This document shows, in pieces, positions 36,501 to 48,356 of a stretch of DNA of 64,000 bases; the stretch's first letter is position 1; every line of letters starts with the position of its first letter. The notes beneath the pieces were generated by a model. That model was given only the letters and a program-made list of their open reading frames with translations, ran no database searches and had not been told where the DNA came from. This DNA is from Cyanophora paradoxa CCMP329 (lineage: Eukaryota > Plantae > Glaucophyta). The translations under genes were made by a program, and so were the position numbers. The DNA lies in NCBI GenBank assembly GCA_004431415.1, contig QPMI01000409.1:124001-188000 (forward strand), read 5' to 3'.

Positions 36501-38145
36501 ATGCGCCGGTGCGGGGCCCTCCTGGGGCTCGCTATCGTGCTGGTTGCGGCCGCGGTCGCATTCGCGCACAAGCCCGTGCCAGCTCGGCACGCAAACGGGA
36601 AGCCCAAAGTCAACAACCGCGTCGTAATCGGAGTTCTCGCGCAGGTTCGCCGGGCGGGCCCGAATTGCTTTAGCGAAACTGCTCTCACCGCGCTCATGCC
36701 ACGTTTGCGAATCGCGCTCAGCCTACGAGCAAGAAGGACCAGGAATTGCATGGCGGCGCAGAGGGCAGGTGCTACATTGCGGCCAGCTACAGTGCGTGCC
36801 GTGCCCGCGCGCTCGCAATCAACTGCTAACGTTAGCTACGTCTACAGCCAAGTGGGTCGAGGGCGCCGGAGCACGCGCACTGCCTGTGCCGTATCCTTCG
36901 CGCCCTTTCACGCAGCGCCGTGCCGCGACCCCACGGCACCCGCGCCGCCCCTTGACGCACAGCCGCCAGCTACAACGTGTCGAACGATGTCCTGGATCGC
37001 TACTTCGAGAACATCAACGGGCTGCTGTTCACGGGCGGCGGCTGCAACATCACCGACTCCAAGTTCTTCTACAGCGTCAAGTACCTGTACGAGAAGGCTG
37101 TCGAGGTGCGCTCCCGGGCGCGGCGCGCGCGACCCGCGCCCGCCCCGCCTCCAACTAGCCGCCCCGCAGGCGAACGAGAAGGGCGATTACTTCCCGGGTG
37201 CGCCGCGTGTCGACGCGCGCGCGGCGGCGGCTGAGCCATCCGGGCCGCGCAGTCTGGGGCATCTGTCAGGGATTCCAGCTCATGAACATCATCTCCAGCA
37301 CGCGGCAGAACGTCGACCTGCTCAAGCACTTGTGAGCGCGAGGCGCCCCGCCCCGCTCCCCGCTTCGCGCCAGCCGGCGAGGGAGCCGCTGACGGCCCGC
37401 CCGCCAGCGACACCCTGAACTACGCGATCAACTTGGACTACACGCCCGAGGCGTACTCGAGCCGCATGTTCACGTGCGCGCCGCGCCGCGCGCGCCCCCG
37501 CCCGCTTCGAAGCCGGCCGCCGACTCGGCGAGGCTCCAGCTACATGGGGAAGAAGGTGATGGACACGCTCTCGGAGCGGTACACGGCCTTCAACAACCAC
37601 AACTGGGGCGTCGTCCCCGAGGAGCTCTACGGTCCGTCCGTCCCATCGAAAGCACAGCAGCTGATGCGATGCGAGCTCCCTTTCCTGAGCGGCGCGGACG
37701 CGGGGGCGCAGGGGACGCGAAGATGAACTCGTTCTGGCGGGTGCTCTCGACGAGCGTGGACCGGGAGGGCAAGCCCTTCGTCTCGACCATGGAGGGCCGC
37801 AAGATGCCCTTCTACGCCCTCCAGTGGCACCCCGAGAAGCCCGTCTACGAGTGGGAGGACCGCCTCCTCATCGAGCACGACGTCGACACCATCGGTGCTT
37901 CCGTGTCATTGCACAGCGACGAATTCACGAGCTGAGCCTTGGCTTTCGTTCCCCCTTCATTGCGTGCAGAGATGGGGCAGAAGTTCGCGAACTTCTTCAT
38001 AGCGGAGGCGCGCAAGAGCTCCCACACGCTCTCGGAGGCGTACGAGGACCGGACGGTGCTGGCGTACGCCCCCACGTACACCGCGCCCCTCGGCTCCGAG
38101 TTCGAGCAGTGCTACTTCTTCGACTCCATCACCTGGCAGGACTAG
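36501..38145 (+). CDS. GGH: Gamma-glutamyl hydrolase (peptidase C26) with signal peptide
   Basis: Signal peptide, NNRVVIGVLAQ, YIAASY, KWVEGAGAR, INGLLFTGGG, WGICQGFQ (catalytic Cys), QWHPEK (catalytic His). Confidence 0.92.
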
Positions 38146-38509
38146 CTGCACGTGCCGCCTCCGGGGAATCCCGTGTTTTCGTGTTTTTGTTTAGTAGGCA
38201 GGGTCTAGGCAGCGGCAGAGGGGCTCCGGCGCGAGCCCAGCGTAGCGCTTTTGTTGTTTAATTCTACTTCCGTCTCCTTCGGGATCGAGCGCGGAAAGAA
38301 GAGGTGGGCTGGAGCAGGCGGTGGGGTTACAGGGGGTCCGGATCAGCAACGCCACCCAGAACGGTGAGCCCTGTGCCTCCCGCACCATCTCGATATGTTG
38401 GCCGATTCTTCGAGAGCCGGGGGGGGGGGGGGGGGGGGGGGGGGGAGGGGGGGGGGAAGCGCAGATGGGGCTAGAGGGAAGGGGCAGCGAAGGGGGTACA
38501 GGGGGGCGG

Positions 38510-40724
38510 CTACAAGTGCGTGAAGTGGTGCTTGAGCTGCTTCATCAGCTCGTGCGAGTCCGAGTGGTCGGGGTACGCCTCCAGCGCCTGCGGGGGTACG
38601 AGGTTACGGGGGTTGCGGGAGGGGTACGGGGGAGGGCGGGGCCCCGACCTTGGAGACGAGCTCGAAGCTCTCCTGGAAGTCGCCGAGCTTGAAGGCGAGC
38701 AGCGCTGCGCGAGGATCGTTCGACGGGGGAGCGGCATCGCCGAGGGGGCGGCCGGACGGGGCGCGGGCACCGCCGTTGAAGAAGGGCTCGAACATGACGG
38801 GGGCGAGGCGCTGGGCGGTGGCGAAGTTGCCGCGGGCCTGCTCGACGTTGCCCTTGCGGAGCTCGAGGACGCCGAGGTTGTTGAAGGAGGCGGCGTGCTG
38901 CGCGTCCACCGAGACCGCGATCTTGAAGGCCTGGTACGCCAGCCCCAGGTCCCCGATCCCGATCGCCACCTGGCCCACGTTGTACCTGCGCGCGGGGGCG
39001 TGAGCGGGCCCCGGCCCGGCTCGAAGGGGTCGGGGCAAGGGGAGGGGGCGAACCAGACGTCGGCCATGGAGGAGTCGTCGGCGAGGGCGAGGGCGCGCTC
39101 GAAGCAGGAGAGGCAGAGGTCGTACTGGGAGGCGTAGAAGCAGCAGAGGCCGATGTTGTTCCAGATCTCGGCGTCGTTGCACCCCATCTGCAGCAGGCGC
39201 CGGTAGAGCCGCAGCCCGATCTCCGGCTGGTCCGTGTAGAAGTGGTGCGCGGCGAGGCACGCCACCGACTCGACGTTCGAGGCGTCGAAGTGGAGGACGC
39301 GCTTGTAGTACTGGATGCCCTTGTTGACGTCGTTGAGCATGTCGTAGATGCGGGCGACGCCGAGAATGAGGTGCGTCTCCCCCGGGAACTTCTCCGACGC
39401 CTTCGTGTAGAGGTCCAGCGCCGTGTTCGGCTGGTCCAGCCGCACGTACACTTTGGCGAGCGCCAGGTGCGTGCCGATCATCTCCTGCGGGGGCGCTCGG
39501 CTGGGGCGGGGAAGGGGCGGCGGGGGGGCGGGGGCGGGCCTGGCAGGCGAGGGAGGAGCGGAACTGCTTCTCGGCGTCGCGGAAGAGCCCGAGCTGGTAG
39601 TAGCACTTGCCCAGCTTCGCTTTCCACCACCAGTCCTTGAAGCTGCGCGGGGCGGCGTCGGGGGTGCGCGCTCGCGGGGGCGGCGCGGGGGCGGGGCGCA
39701 CTCGGCGGTCTGCGTGGCGTACGCGGCGAGCTCGAGGGCCTTCCGCGGGTTGTTGTCCACGTGGTAGATGTACTCAAAGAGCACCTGCGGGGTGGGGCGG
39801 GGCGGCGCAGCATCGGTGGCGCGGAGCGCGGGGCGCGCGGGTGGCGAGGGCAGGGGAGGACCTTGGCGAGGGCCGGGCGCGCGGCGTACTTCCTGAGGTC
39901 CAGCTTCTCCACGTTAATGAACGGGCCGTTCGCGTCCGCGATCAGCGACGCCGTGTTCAGCCGCACGAAGCTGTGTGTGTGTGTGTGCGCGCGCGCCGCG
40001 TGAGCGAGCCCGGGGAAACGAGCGCCTCGCGGCGGCCGCAGAGCGCCGGCGCGCACCGCCCGGAGGATGTGACGGGTCGTGTCGTGCCCGGCCGTGCGCC
40101 CTGCGGGGCCCGCGAGCGTCAGCCGCAGGCGCGCTGCCGAGAAGGAAGAAGGCGGCACCTGCATGGCCTGCTCTAGGGACATGGACCCCGTGGTCGGCCT
40201 GAACGAGCGAGAGCGCAAGATGAGATGAGCAGGATGATCGAGACACGGCGCGCGCAGCGCACGCACCGCGTGTTTGTGCCTGGCCGAGCGAAGCCCGTGA
40301 GGGGCCGGCCCTGGTTCGTAACAGGCCGCACGCCCTGGTTCGGCACTCCAGACGCATTTGAATGCGTGAGAGGCCTCGCCAGGGACGTCCCGGGCCTGCG
40401 GCGAGAGCTTCAGCCACAGCGGGCGCTCGCGGCGGGAGGCTGCGGGCCTAGGCAAGCTCGCGGTCTTGTTCTCATCGAGAAGCAGCTCCGCCACGCCCTC
40501 GTCTTCAATCTCCGTGTCGTCTATCCACGCCTTGGCGGTCAGCGCACGCGCCTTGACGTACCATATCGCCTGGGAGCGATGGTCGGCGGCAGTCCGCAAC
40601 GGCAGGGGAAGGGCGCCTCTACCTGGTCGTACGGGTTCCTGTTCAGCAGCTCTGTACAGATGTCCACGCAGGCGTCGAACTTCCTCCTCCTGAACTTGGA
40701 GAGCGCGTAAAAGGACGGATCCAT
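38510..40724 (-). CDS. BBS8: Bardet-Biedl syndrome 8 / TTC8 (BBSome TPR subunit)
   Basis: FRRRKFDACVDICTELLNRNPYDQ, DWWWKAKLGKCYYQLG, LAKVYVRLDQP, YTDQPEIGLRLYRRLLQMG, ELMKQLKHHFTHL*. Confidence 0.96.
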
Positions 40725-40991
40725 TCTCGCCCACTCTACACAGCGACTCCAGCGAGCGGCCGACGCGAGCCTCTAGCTTAGCTGTGAGCACTAGCTGCGA
40801 GCGGCTCCTGCAGTGCGGCAAGCAGGTACATGCGGGCTCCGGCTAGCCGGAGATCTGGTCTAGTGCCTCTCCGAGCACCGCTTCTCCTTACCCCGCCCGC
40901 TGCCGTCTTTGCGCAGGGCGTGCGGCGCGTGGCAGAAGTTCTCAAGGTTGGACGCACTGTACCCCTGCTGCCAAGTTTTCGGCTAGCTGCA

Positions 40992-41533
40992 ATGGGCGGC
41001 GGCGGGCACTGGCCGTTCCCTCGTGTGCGTCTGTCCTAGCATTCGATCAGCTATCCCCGCCAGCGTGGCCTTCTGGCCCGATTGCGGCTCCCCCGGATCC
41101 TCGACACCGCGGCCCTCATGCCCCTGACTTCGCCGCGCAGTATGTGTGGTCCCCGTCCGGCGGGTTCTGGGCTACGGGCGGCCCGAATGCGGCGCGGAAC
41201 GCTGTCTTCGTGTTCCTCGGCATCATGTCCGCGCGCCTCTCCGCGCGCTCTTTGTCTCGCTGACCGATCCTGTCCGCGTGGCGCAGGGGCCTCACCTTCC
41301 CCATCACCAAGGTCCGCCGCTCTGTCGTATCGCCTCCGCTTCCGCGCCCAACTTCTGACCCACTCATCCGCTTCTCGTGTGCCTGCAGTATGGTGAGAGC
41401 AGGACAGTGACGGTGCGCGGGCGCTGGTTATCGGGCGTCGCCGGTTCGCGGCCTCACTCCCCACCCGCAGCTCAAGCAGCTTCGGGAAGCACCCGGCTAC
41501 GGCGAGCCCGGCTACACTCACCGAGGAGTATGA
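40992..41533 (+). CDS. 76-aa mitochondrial complex I accessory subunit, NUUM-like
   Basis: Five exons (40992-41024, 41141-41226, 41287-41311, 41389-41412, 41471-41533) joined by GT-AG introns give MGGGGHWPFPRYVWSPSGGFWATGGPNAARNAVFVFLGIMGLTFPITKYGESRTVTLKQLREAPGYGEPGYTHRGV*. Confidence 0.75.
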
Positions 41534-41949
41534 GCAGTACATAAGCTTAGCGTTCCTTCTAATGTCTGTGCTGCTGGGTAGGCGCTATTGTATAATCCAT
41601 TTCTGCTTTGAAGACCGCCATCGCCTCTTTCGGCTCTATTCCCTCTCGGGCTCGTTGCCAGCTCGTTGCTTCCCGCTTCCCGGGTCTTTGGGTGCGCGTC
41701 CACGCAAGTTGTCTAGTACTAGTGGCGCTGTATGCACAGCCCGTCGGGCGCCACGCAACGCGTTTCGTTCTCGATCGTAAGCCCGCCGCGCACACCGACG
41801 TCGACCCCGCGTCAATACAACTTCCAGAACGGCTGGAACTGACGCATTCAAAAGCACAAAAGGACAAGACGATTGGAGGTGCTGGGGAGCTCTAGATCTG
41901 GTCAGGGTGGAGAAGGGGATAGCCTAAATGATCGACGAATTCTCAAAAA

Positions 41950-43784
41950 CTACTTCTTCCCCTTCTTCTTGCTCTTTGATGCCTGCACAGAAGCGGCCAC
42001 GGCGGCGTGCACGTCGGCTGGCGTTTCGTGGGCGGTGCCGTTGGCAAGGGGGGCGGGGGCGGCAGCCGCGGCCGCGGCGGGCGCAGCCTCGATCGCCGGA
42101 GCGGGATCGGGAACGTAAACCTCGCCCTTTTGGTAGGCGATTATTTCCTTCTGCGGCGGGGCTCAGCAAAGGCGAGGGAGCCAAGGAACAGGAAAGAGGC
42201 GAACCACGTCAGGGTCGGACTCGCCCCAGAGGAGGCGGAGCATGGGCATGTACTTCTCGTACAGCTGCTTGGCCTCGTCGTGCATGTTCGCCTCGCGCAG
42301 GTACCGCACGAACATCGAGCCCAGGTTGGCGACCAGGTTCGGCACCTCCTCGTAGCAGTGCTCGTTGATCCAGGTCAGGAACTTGAGCGCGTGCCGGCCC
42401 GAGAGCTGCAGGAAGACCTGCGACCGCCGAGAGTCAGGCGCGGCCCCGAAACCACGACCGAGCGCGCGAACGCACGTCCTTGGCGCGGGAGCCGTCGGCC
42501 TCGAGGGACCAGGCGCACTGGTAGAACTCGGCGAAGAGGCGGTTCAACCAGGCCACCGTCCAGTGGTCCTCGCCCAGCATCTGCATCGCCATCTGATGCG
42601 CGGATCAGACTCGAGACCTGGCGGGCTCCTCATCTGAGCCGGCCCTCTTCCTCGCCCGCGCGCACCTTCATCACGTACACGATCTGCTTCTGGCCAACGT
42701 GGTCCGTGTATGTGTCCATCGTCATAACCGCTGCAAGGCCAGCTCAGCCTAGCAAACAAAAAAGCAGGCGAGATAATTTTGATCTCGGCGAACCAGTCAT
42801 AATCTGCTCTTCCGGCACGAGCGGCATCTCACTGTCCGCGAAGACCTTTCCGCAGGCCTCGCACTTCCACGGCTTGTCCTCAGGCGCTGCGCACGGGTGA
42901 ACGCGTAAGCTCATCGAAGAGAGCCCGGGAAAAGAAAAAGATGGAACAGGCACACCCCCATCGCCATTGCGGCCAGTTCGCACGACGCGCTTCTTGCACT
43001 CGGCGACCGGGCAGCGCATCATGCGGCACTTGTCCGCGCCCGTGCAGCGCTTGCAGCGGCAAGTGAAGTACTTCGTGCGCATAAGGAAGTCGTGCCGGAT
43101 CGGCTGCGACGCACACGCCTGCGCTGGGATTAGCACGGTGCCGCCGTGGGCAGCGGTAGCGCTCGCGCACCGGCAGGAAGTCGATGTAGCAGAACGAGAT
43201 CACCTCGCCCTTCTTAATCGGCTTGATCGCACGGTAGAGGAGCGAGTCGTCGCCGCGGTAGTCCGCGTTCGGCGTGCACGAGTGGATGACTTTAGAGCCG
43301 TGCTCAAAGAGCGCGCTCAGGTTCTCCTTGTAGAGGTGCGCATTGACAGCGGCGGCGAGCATGAGGTGGAAGAGCTGGTTCACGCTGTGATCGCGGAACT
43401 TCTTTGTCTTCTGCACCTTCGTCGCGCAGTCCCGGAACATGTGGATGGCCGGATCCTCAGCATCATCGGGTGGCCGAGTGAAGTCCTCGATCTTCTTCTG
43501 CACGTCCTCCGGGGCGAACAGGTACGCGACCAGCAGATTCACGAAGTCGGTAGGCAGCTGATCGCCGACGAGATCGTAGAGGGTCTTGTGCAGCTGCCCG
43601 TTCTGCGCTTCGTTCGGCCAGACCAGCAGAGGCTTCTCCTCCAGGATCAGATCGCCCGGTGCGTAATCCCTGCTCGCCGGATAACATGAGACTGGCCCCT
43701 TCGATCGGCGATCGCGCTCGGGGCTAACCTGTTCGCCACCGCGACCGATCCAAGATCGGCGACTTCCCGTGTTTCCAGCGCCAT
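41950..43784 (-). CDS. SET-domain lysine methyltransferase (SMYD-like split SET with post-SET Cys cluster)
   Basis: DYAPGDLILEEKPL, SKVIHSCTPNA, RAIKPIKKGEVISFCYI, YFTCRCKRC; Lys-rich C-terminus. Confidence 0.85.
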
Positions 43785-44138
43785 CTCGCAGTGTTCGAAC
43801 CGGCTGCGTTCAGCGAAAAGGGATTAGCGGGCGCGCTCCGCCAGCGCCCCCCAGCCCGCACGCCCGCTGAAACCGCTTAGATATTATCGTGTCGGTTCGG
43901 CAAGTGGGGCTCCTTCTGTACGCCGCCGAGGGAGCGGATGCTGGGAAAACGAACCCGCGCGCACCTAGAACGCTGCGGGAGCACCTTGAAGACCTATACG
44001 AACAGCCTAATGAAGCGGTTGCACCCGTACCCCCGCTCAGAGCGCTGCGGCCTGGCTACGCGGCCAAGGAGCGGCTTAGCTGCGGCTAAGCTGCGGCTTC
44101 TTCGCGCTGCGCTACAAGCCGCGTAGAGCAGAAAATCG

Positions 44139-45998
44139 ATGCAGCCCGCTCATGCCGCGGCGGCCGTCGCTGCGCCGGCTTCGCGGACTCTGAACCTCGT
44201 GGTGCACCTGACGCACTCCATGCCGTACTGGAACCTGGCCGGTGCGCCGCGGCGCCGCGCCTTTTGGCCAGCGGCCCTCTCCGAGTCTGCAACCGGTACC
44301 GCCGCGGCGTACGCGTAGTAATTCGTGCGCCGCCGCAGGCCTGGGGCTCGATAAGTACTTGCTGGAGCTGGCAAAGGAGAAGCTGCCGCGCTGGCGCGTG
44401 CACGTCGCGCGGGACGAGGCGCAGCTCGCGGAGCACCTGCCGGCGGCCGACGCCCTCTGCGCCTGGACTGTCGGCCCCGACATCGCTGAGCGCGCCCCGC
44501 GGCTCAGGTCCGATCGTTATCCACAGTTTCGCGCACTGCGCCCGCGCCCCGGCGCACAGCTCGAGCGGCGCCGGCAGGTGGCTGTCCACGCCGGCGGCGG
44601 GGACGGACTACGTGCGGGGGCTCCCTCCCCACGTCACCTTTACTTCCTCGCACGGGCGCGTCGGGCCCCGCGACGCCTGGCGTGCACTCGGTGAGGCCAG
44701 CTAGCTCTGACTTGCCGCCAGGTACCACGGGATCCCTATGGCGGAGTACTGCATGGGGGCCCTGCTGCGGGGCAGCCGCTGCCTGGACGCCATCGAGGCC
44801 CGCCGCGCGGAGGCCCGCCGCGCCGGGGCGCCGCCGCCTTCCTACGACGACCTGCGGGCCGCCGCCCTCGGCGCCGACGAGCTGCATGGGAAGACCATGG
44901 CCCGTGCCCCGCCCCCTGCCCCCGCCCTCGCCCCGCCCCCGCCGCCCGCTTGGCCCGAGCCGTCCCGCAGGCCATCGTCGGCTGCGGCTCCATAGGCCTG
45001 CACCTCGCGTGGCGCGCATCCGCCATGGGTCCGCCCTGCCCCCGCCCTAGCCTGTACCCCTCCCGCGCACCCCTGATCATGACCTCTACCCCCGGAGGCA
45101 TGCACGTGATCGGCGTACGGCGATCGGGAGCTCCCCCCAGCCTATCAGGAATGGAATCCATGTTCATACCCCCGCAGGCCGTGCGCCCCGCCCCGCCCCG
45201 CCCCGCTCCGGCGCCCCAGGCCTTGGATCAAATTGCGGCAGGCGGCGTCTGTGAGCGAGTGGGTGCCGCCGGAGGACCGTTCCTCGTTCCTCTCTGTCGC
45301 GGACGTCGTGGTGAACGTTCTCCCTGGCACTGCGGCCAACCTCCACTGGCCCGCCCGCCGCCAGCCCTCGAACGCACGCGTCTCCGCCCGACTCTTCCCC
45401 GCAGGTTCGACGAGGCGGCGTTCGCTCTCTTCAAGCCCGGCTCGACCTTCGTGAACGTGGGGCGGGGCGCGACCGTGGACCAGGCGGCCCTGCTGCGCGC
45501 CCTCGACCGCGGCGCCCCCGCCCGCGCCGTCCTCGACGTCACGGACCCCGAGCCCCCGGCCCGCGCCCACGGCAAGGTACCTCCCCAGGCATCTCCCCGC
45601 CGTCTCTTAAACTGGCATTCAAGGCCCGCAAGCGATAAATAAACCTATCTGTTCCTTACATAGAGTTCACTGTTTCAAGTTTCGCCCTGCCTCGACTCGC
45701 TGGCTGAGAAGGGCGCGCGCAGGCGGCGGGGCCCCCCAAGGTGGCGTACGCCCCCCCGGACCACCCCCTCGTCCAGCACCCCGCCGTCTTCGCCACCCCC
45801 CACGGTGCCCAACCGGCGCCGTGACGCGGCTCCAGCGCCTCCTGACGGCTGGAGCGCGCAGTGTCGGCGTACACGCCGAGCTACCTGCGGTGGGGCGTGC
45901 AGGCGCTGGTGCACCAGGCGCAGCTCGCCGAGGCCGGCGCCCCCCTCGAGCACGTCGCCCACGGGCCCCCCGCCCCCTTCCCGCCCCCGGGCCCGTAG
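44139..45998 (+). CDS. D-isomer-specific 2-hydroxyacid dehydrogenase
   Basis: AIVGCGSIG (Rossmann), [50 protein letters not shown]; the Arg/Glu/His triad is present. Confidence 0.88.
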
Positions 45999-46052
45999 CC
46001 TTGTCTTGCTCCCGCGCGTGTATTTGGAAGAGGGACGTTTCCCAGCTCTTTT

Positions 46053-48149
46053 CTACTTCATGAGGGCGTAGCCGGAGTTGGCCATGGACATGTTGCGGCG
46101 GTCGTCCTTGCGGAAGTGGTTGGACTGCATGCCCATGTGGAAGTCCCACTCGCGCTTGGAGCGCACGGCGAGGCGCTGCTCGTGGCGGTCCGCCATCGTC
46201 ATCGCCCGCCCGCTGTCCGTCGTCCAGCCGAGCAGGCGGTACGCCGAGACGAGCTGGTTGACGAGCACCGACTGCCGCGTCTCCTCCGGCTTGTAGCGCT
46301 GCCGGTAGAACTTGGCCAGGCTCCGGTGCCCGATCCGCTTCTGCCCGCCCTCCAGGATCAGCTCGTACCCCTCGTCCGACACGTCCACCGCGCTGCGGGC
46401 GAGGCGACGGGTGAGGCGGGCCGGGGCGGAAGGAGGGGGGCCGGGGGTACGCGCCTCTTGACTTCGGGCATGACGATGAGCTGCCCCGCGTTCGCCGGCC
46501 GCTTCTTCCGCTGTTTCCTCCGCTCCGCTGCGCGCGCCGATCCTCGTGTGAGCGAGCACAGGGCGGGGCGGGGCGGGGCGGGGGCGGGGGATACCCTTGT
46601 ACTGGGCCTCGTCGACGGCGCTGGCGAGGTCCTCGCCCTCCCCCACCTCCTCCCACGCCCCCTCCCCCTCCCCCTCCTCGTCCTCCTCGTCCTCCTCCTC
46701 CCCGCCCTCGGACATCGCGTCGTCCGCCCCCGCCTCGCCCCACGTCGCGCTGCGAACGAGGGAGAGGCGTCAGAGCCCCGCACCGCCGAGCGGCAACCGC
46801 GGCCCCCGGCCCGGTGCTCGCCTGAAGTCGTAGTACTCCCCGAACTCCTCCTCGTCCTCCTCCTCGTAGCGCAGCTTGCAGTGCGACTTGCTCACCTGAG
46901 CGCGCCCCCCGCGCGTCAGACGGGTGCCCAGCCGAGCACAGCGGGGGGGAGCGGAGGCGGGCCGGTGGGAGGGGAGGGCGGGTGCACCATGTGCTTCTGG
47001 ACGGCGTCGAGGGAGTGGAAGGAGCGGCCCTTGCCGTTGCAGTAGAGGCAGACGTTGCCCACCGCCACCTTCTCCCCCAGGTACCGCACCAGGCCCTCCA
47101 CTGCGCCCCGCCCGCCTCCTCAGCGGGGCGCTCGAGGGGCGGGGCGGGGCGGGGCGGGCCGTCGCGCAGGTACTCGACGTCGGGGATGAAGAAGCCGTGC
47201 ACCTTCGTCATGTGCTCCACGTTCCTGCGCCCCGCCCCCGCAACCTCACCACCCGCCCCCGCCGGCCAGCGCGGGGGCGGCGCGCGCGGGCGCACTGCTG
47301 GAAGTCGGGGGAGCGGGTGCGGCAGAAGAGGCAGTCCTCGAGCTCGAGGCGCTTCGCCGTGCGGATCTTCCGCTCCATCATCTCCTCCTCCGTCTCCCCG
47401 GGCCGCCGGCCCCCGTCCTCGGCCCCGGCCTCCTCCTCCGCCTCCTCCATCGGCGCGTCCTCGTCCACCGCCCTCGGGATCGTGAAGCCGATCCCCGCCC
47501 CGAACTCCCGCCGCGGCGGCTCCGGGCGCGCTGCGTGCCGGCGCTCAGCGCGCGTGCGGAGGCGTGCGCGGCGCCCGCGGGCACCTGCAGCACCGGCGGC
47601 GGGCGGGGGGACGCCGACCCCGGCGCCGGCGTCCCGGGCGCCGCGGTGCGGGGCCTTCTCGTGCACGCCCCCGCCCCTCGCTATCGTCTGCGACTTCGCC
47701 TCGTTCTCCTTATGCTTGCGAGAGCGCAGGTGGCTCTCCAGCGCCGACTGGCTCGAGTACGCTTTCCTATGAGACGCCTCGCGATCAGCGGGCGCGCTCG
47801 GGCCGCCGCGGCGATCGGAGGGCACGTACATGCAGATCGAGCACTCCACTGAGCTAGCACCCGCTTCATTCTGGGCCGTCGCTGCGCCCCGCCGCCCTCA
47901 GCGCAGGAACGGAGCTCAGGTGCGGCGCCGCACATTGCAGGGGAAGGACTTTGGTGTTGAACGTGGCCAGATCGACGGGCGGAAGGCTTGCCACCTTCCT
48001 CTTGAGATTGAAGCGGTGCCATTCCTGCGCGGCGGCTCGGAGGGTCCCCTGCCAGAAATTCGCGGGCCGCGCACCGTCCGGAAGTGGTCACGCTGCACGT
48101 CCTGGTTTGCAAAGCTCGCCCCGCACGCTAAGCAAGTGAGGTGCGACAT
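46053..48149 (-). CDS. REI1: Cytoplasmic pre-60S factor Rei1 / ZNF622
   Basis: TCLAC..HFRTEWHRFNLKRKVA, DCLFC, HMTKVHGFFIPDVEYL, YLGEKVAVGNVCLYC, IGHRSLAKFYRQ. Confidence 0.93.
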
Positions 48150-48356
48150 CCTGAAGACGCTTGCCACGGAGCCTCTACCCCGCTCTCAGCCGGGTACGCA
48201 GCATCTTGCAAGAAGCTGGCGAAGCACCCGGAGCTCTTCCTGCTGCTCCTGTTCGCACTTGCCACGGCTCACGGACTGAACGGAGTGGCCCCGGACCGAA
48301 CAGCGCCCGAGCCCGGACCGAACAGCGCGGCGACCGACCCGGCCCTGAACGTAGCC

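Noticed and set aside
39972-39988. (TG)n microsatellite
   Set aside because: Short intronic simple repeat in BBS8, unremarkable.
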